NCBI GenBank assembly: GCA_000934665.2
Contig: KZ538008.1
Location: 186,001 to 250,000 of the forward strand
Source of the DNA: Catajapyx aquilonaris
Taxonomy: Eukaryota
DNA: 64,000 nucleotides
Reading direction: 5' to 3'
Positions 63,101 through 64,000 of this stretch are shown in pieces. The position numbers and the translations under genes were made by a program. Position 1 is the stretch's first letter. Each line of letters opens with the position of its first letter. The notes under the pieces are model-generated. The model was not told the DNA's origin and made no database searches. It saw only the letters and a list, made by a program, of their open reading frames with translations.

Positions 63101-63859
63101 GGAATTCATTTTCTGTCCTCTTCCAGATTGGACGAGAGCCTTGTGAAGCTGGGCCGCACCGGTCCGCCCCCGTACGCCCAGCCCGCCGCCCCTCATTCGC
63201 CCCTATCCTCCACCCCTGTCCCGTCCTCATCCCCGGAGCCCCAGACCCAAAAGGAGCCGACACCTGCCCCATCAACAACCTCCGTCACCACCTCGGCCAC
63301 CTCCGCAGACCGAACCACCCCTCCGACCTCGTGGCCCTCGGGAGAGCTGGCCACCGCCTCCACATCAACCCACAGCTCCACCGGGGCTGCCCCCAGCGCC
63401 AGCGCCGGAACAGCCACCCCGACCACCCTTCTTGCCCTGGGCCGCCGAGCCCTCTCACCGGCCGAGCAGCTGGCTCACCAACTGCTGAACGGACGCGCTT
63501 CGTACGCAGCCGGACGTGGTCTTCGGAAGCAGATGAGCTTGGACTGGCAGGAACAGAGGAGGACGGTCAAGCAGTGGAGCCTGGAACCTGCTATGATCTC
63601 CAGGTCGGCATGGAGCAGCCAGGATAGGAGCAGGGGCAGCCCTCTGCTGGGGAGGTCCAGAGGAGAAGACTCGGGGTTCAGGCTGCAAAGCAGCAGGAGT
63701 GTGTCCAGGGAGAGCGAGAGTCTCATCGGGGAGGTGGACGTGGAGGAGTCCCCCGAGGAGAGGAGGGTGGTCAACAGGGTAGAAGCCAGGGTTGAACCCA
63801 GGGCCGACTCCAGGGACGAACCGGATGTTCTGGAGGATCCCTCTGAGCATCTGGATTAA
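11927..63859 (+). CDS. Receptor-type (single-pass membrane) guanylyl cyclase, 20 coding exons, about 1290 aa; resembles the insect orphan CG34357 / 'retinal guanylyl cyclase 2-like' clade
   Basis: Twenty exons (listed individually below) total 3873 nt, all GT-AG with matching phases. Domain order: signal peptide, ANF-receptor-like ectodomain, TM, kinase-homology domain, coiled coil, cyclase ([37 protein letters not shown]), low-complexity tail. Clade assignment rests on recalled juxtamembrane motifs (NKILL; LQEF..EKPDLLK) and is tentative. Confidence 0.92.
16672..16946 (+). mobile_element. Non-autonomous Helitron-like element, about 275 bp
   Basis: 5' TCTAATAC.. followed by a (CTGT)n microsatellite (16698-16709). 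3' subterminal hairpin CCGAGCAACGCCGG (16921-16934), then CTAG (16943-16946) followed by T. No TSD seen. This is the typical arthropod Helitron end structure; the 5' boundary is approximate. Confidence 0.65.
17474..17560 (+). pseudogene. Possible decayed mariner transposase fragment
   Basis: Reads [19 protein letters not shown], reminiscent of the mariner VFWDxxG..D....TI segment; short and weak. Confidence 0.25.
28461..28545 (+). mobile_element. SINE-like core fragment
   Basis: TAGGCCACAGCCGCTTCCTTCCTTTCCTATCC (28504-28535) resembles the central AGGCCACGGCCGCTTCCTTCC motif of arthropod tRNA-derived SINEs. Confidence 0.5.
30298..30579 (+). CDS. Guanylyl cyclase exon 2 (ANF-receptor-like ligand-binding lobe)
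   Basis: TTCCAG| (E)[13 protein letters not shown]...GCEAAGALA...PFLTWSC...[35 protein letters not shown]; phase 1-1. Confidence 0.88.
33715..33867 (+). CDS. Guanylyl cyclase exon 3 (ectodomain); absent from the ORF track
   Basis: TTATAG| (D)[56 protein letters not shown]; 153 nt, phase 1-1, open frame. Confidence 0.82.
36935..36938. other. Small assembly gap (4 N) next to a poly-C run
   Basis: n characters in the sequence. Confidence 0.99.
39712..39941 (+). CDS. Guanylyl cyclase exon 4 (ectodomain)
   Basis: CTCCAG| (V)[21 protein letters not shown]...LNKSFK |GTAAAT; phase 1-0. Confidence 0.85.
39990..40222 (-). mobile_element. tRNA-derived SINE-like remnant
   Basis: On the - strand: A-box-like TGGCGGAGTGG (40210-40200), degenerate B-box, then AAGGCCGACCGC and C/T-rich TCCTTCCCTA segments similar to the 28.5-kb fragment. 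Boundaries approximate. Confidence 0.4.
43842..44199 (+). CDS. Guanylyl cyclase exon 5 (membrane-proximal ectodomain with juxtamembrane Cys pair)
   Basis: [26 protein letters not shown]...[21 protein letters not shown]; phase 0-1. Confidence 0.85.
46659..46786. mobile_element. Small MITE or foldback, 128 bp, TA-flanked
   Basis: About 41-bp terminal inverted repeats (CGGTCTCAATTAGTTTCGCCCACTTTATCATGATCTTGAAG vs reverse complement, 3 mismatches). TA at 46657-58 and 46787-88; (TG)n in the spacer. Confidence 0.7.
48939..49029 (+). CDS. Guanylyl cyclase exon 6 (transmembrane helix)
   Basis: TTGCAG| (E)[29 protein letters not shown](R) |GTGAGT; phase 1-2. Confidence 0.88.
49979..50075 (+). CDS. 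Guanylyl cyclase exon 7 (cytoplasmic juxtamembrane)
   Basis: [44 protein letters not shown]; phase 2-0. Confidence 0.85.
50985..51012 (+). repeat. (AAAT)n microsatellite
   Basis: ataataaaataaataaataaataaataa read directly. Confidence 0.8.
51515..51762. mobile_element. Degenerate hAT (Charlie-like) MITE, about 250 bp
   Basis: Inverted termini TAACGGTCTTCAAACCA / TGGTTTGAAGACCACTA, plus subterminal GGCCT..GGACA matches; 8-bp TSD no longer recognisable. Confidence 0.55.
51946..52125 (+). pseudogene. Decayed Tc1/mariner-superfamily transposase C-terminal fragment
   Basis: [52 protein letters not shown] follows the post-SPDLNP pattern (P.d/e..lW..L....N..eL......W..i....i......R..avi...G). Confidence 0.5.
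53036..53209 (+). CDS. Guanylyl cyclase exon 8
   Basis: [32 protein letters not shown]...LKVRFN |GTAGGT; phase 0-0. Confidence 0.85.
53270..53350 (+). CDS. Guanylyl cyclase exon 9 (kinase-homology N-lobe)
   Basis: [39 protein letters not shown]. Confidence 0.88.
54172..54348 (+). CDS. Guanylyl cyclase exon 10 (kinase-homology domain)
   Basis: [15 protein letters not shown]...[10 protein letters not shown]...[21 protein letters not shown]. Confidence 0.95.
54538..54697 (+). CDS. Guanylyl cyclase exon 11 (kinase-homology domain)
   Basis: [38 protein letters not shown] replaces the catalytic HRD (pseudokinase, as expected for this family). Confidence 0.95.
55116..55265 (+). CDS. Guanylyl cyclase exon 12 (kinase-homology domain); absent from the ORF track
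   Basis: (D)[10 protein letters not shown]...[24 protein letters not shown]; phase 1-1. Confidence 0.95.
55381..55552 (+). CDS. Guanylyl cyclase exon 13
   Basis: (E)[39 protein letters not shown]; phase 1-2. Confidence 0.95.
55629..55769 (+). CDS. Guanylyl cyclase exon 14 (dimerisation coiled coil)
   Basis: [46 protein letters not shown]; phase 2-2. Confidence 0.95.
55824..55995. mobile_element. Degenerate hAT-like MITE with repeated ATATCG/CGATA subterminal motifs
   Basis: Left TCGGGCTGTGCGA and right ATATCGCACTTTCTA resemble TAGGGCTGTGCGAT..ATCGCACAGCCCTA ends; many TATCG/CGATA units inside. Confidence 0.5.
56441..56633 (+). CDS. Guanylyl cyclase exon 15 (catalytic domain)
   Basis: [43 protein letters not shown]. 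Confidence 0.97.
58290..58883. mobile_element. Mariner-type MITE, 594 bp, TA target-site duplication
   Basis: 29-bp perfect TIR CGAGGGCCGTACTAAAATGATTTACAATT at both ends; imperfect inverted similarity continues about 200 bp inward. TA at 58288-89 and 58884-85; no transposase ORF. Confidence 0.9.
58981..59152 (+). CDS. Guanylyl cyclase exon 16 (catalytic domain)
   Basis: [31 protein letters not shown](G). Confidence 0.97.
59241..59333 (+). CDS. Guanylyl cyclase exon 17 (catalytic domain)
   Basis: (G)[36 protein letters not shown]. Confidence 0.97.
60698..60875 (+). CDS. Guanylyl cyclase exon 18 (end of catalytic domain)
   Basis: (G)[44 protein letters not shown]; phase 1-2. Confidence 0.95.
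61294..61308 (+). CDS. Guanylyl cyclase exon 19: 15-nt micro-exon (G)ENNH(G)
   Basis: Strong acceptor TTTTTTTCCTCGCTTCAG| AGAGAATAATCATGG |GTAAGT; phase 2-2; gives P..ENNHGL, a motif seen after the cyclase domain in this family. Confidence 0.8.
63127..63859 (+). CDS. Guanylyl cyclase exon 20: long S/T/P-rich, then charged, C-terminal tail
   Basis: CTTCCAG| (G)[15 protein letters not shown]...[10 protein letters not shown]-rich open frame ending TAA at 63857-63859. Confidence 0.85.
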
Positions 63860-64000
63860 GAATTATATTGTGGGTGGGCCTAAGGGGAGCTCCGATTTGT
63901 ATGTGGGGTTAGCAATATTGGCGATACAATTCGACAAGTTACGGGTCATCCATAAGTAACGTCTTACCTTCGGCTCATTGAACCCTATGCCTTCACCAAA

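Noticed and set aside
1..64000. Most of the short ORFs in the supplied track as independent genes
   Set aside because: They lack recognisable domains, often start at TTG/GTG, or are antisense or alternate-frame shadows of real spliced exons.
1..64000. CRISPR array, rRNA, intact tRNA or a prokaryotic-style operon or defence system
   Set aside because: No regularly spaced repeats, no cloverleaf with both A and B boxes, no rRNA motifs; gene structure is spliceosomal.

Overview
Eukaryotic, intron-containing genomic DNA, most likely an arthropod judging by gene family signatures, 55-60 nt minimal introns and TE types; the species cannot be determined. Three protein-coding genes were reconstructed by hand with GT-AG boundaries and consistent exon phases. 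(1) The 3' end of an RCC1-repeat SERGEF/DelGEF-like gene (+, 268-859). (2) A complete 12-coding-exon NHA/SLC9B cation/H+ antiporter (-, 4851 to 1061, about 604 aa), convergent with SERGEF and carrying ND in place of the family-typical DD ion-binding motif. (3) A complete 20-exon receptor (single-pass membrane) guanylyl cyclase (+, 11927-63859, about 1290 aa): signal peptide, diverged ANF-receptor-type ectodomain, TM helix, kinase-homology domain, coiled coil, intact cyclase domain and a long S/T/P-rich tail. The cyclase has an 18-kb first intron, a 15-nt micro-exon and a uORF whose stop overlaps the main ATG. Its introns hold MITEs, a non-autonomous Helitron, SINE-like fragments and decayed Tc1/mariner transposase scraps. 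Most entries in the ORF track are spurious or partial exons. No rRNA, intact tRNA, CRISPR array or clearly novel multi-gene system was seen. The best leads are the ND-type NHA, the regulatory features of the orphan cyclase, and the head-to-head NHA/cyclase arrangement.
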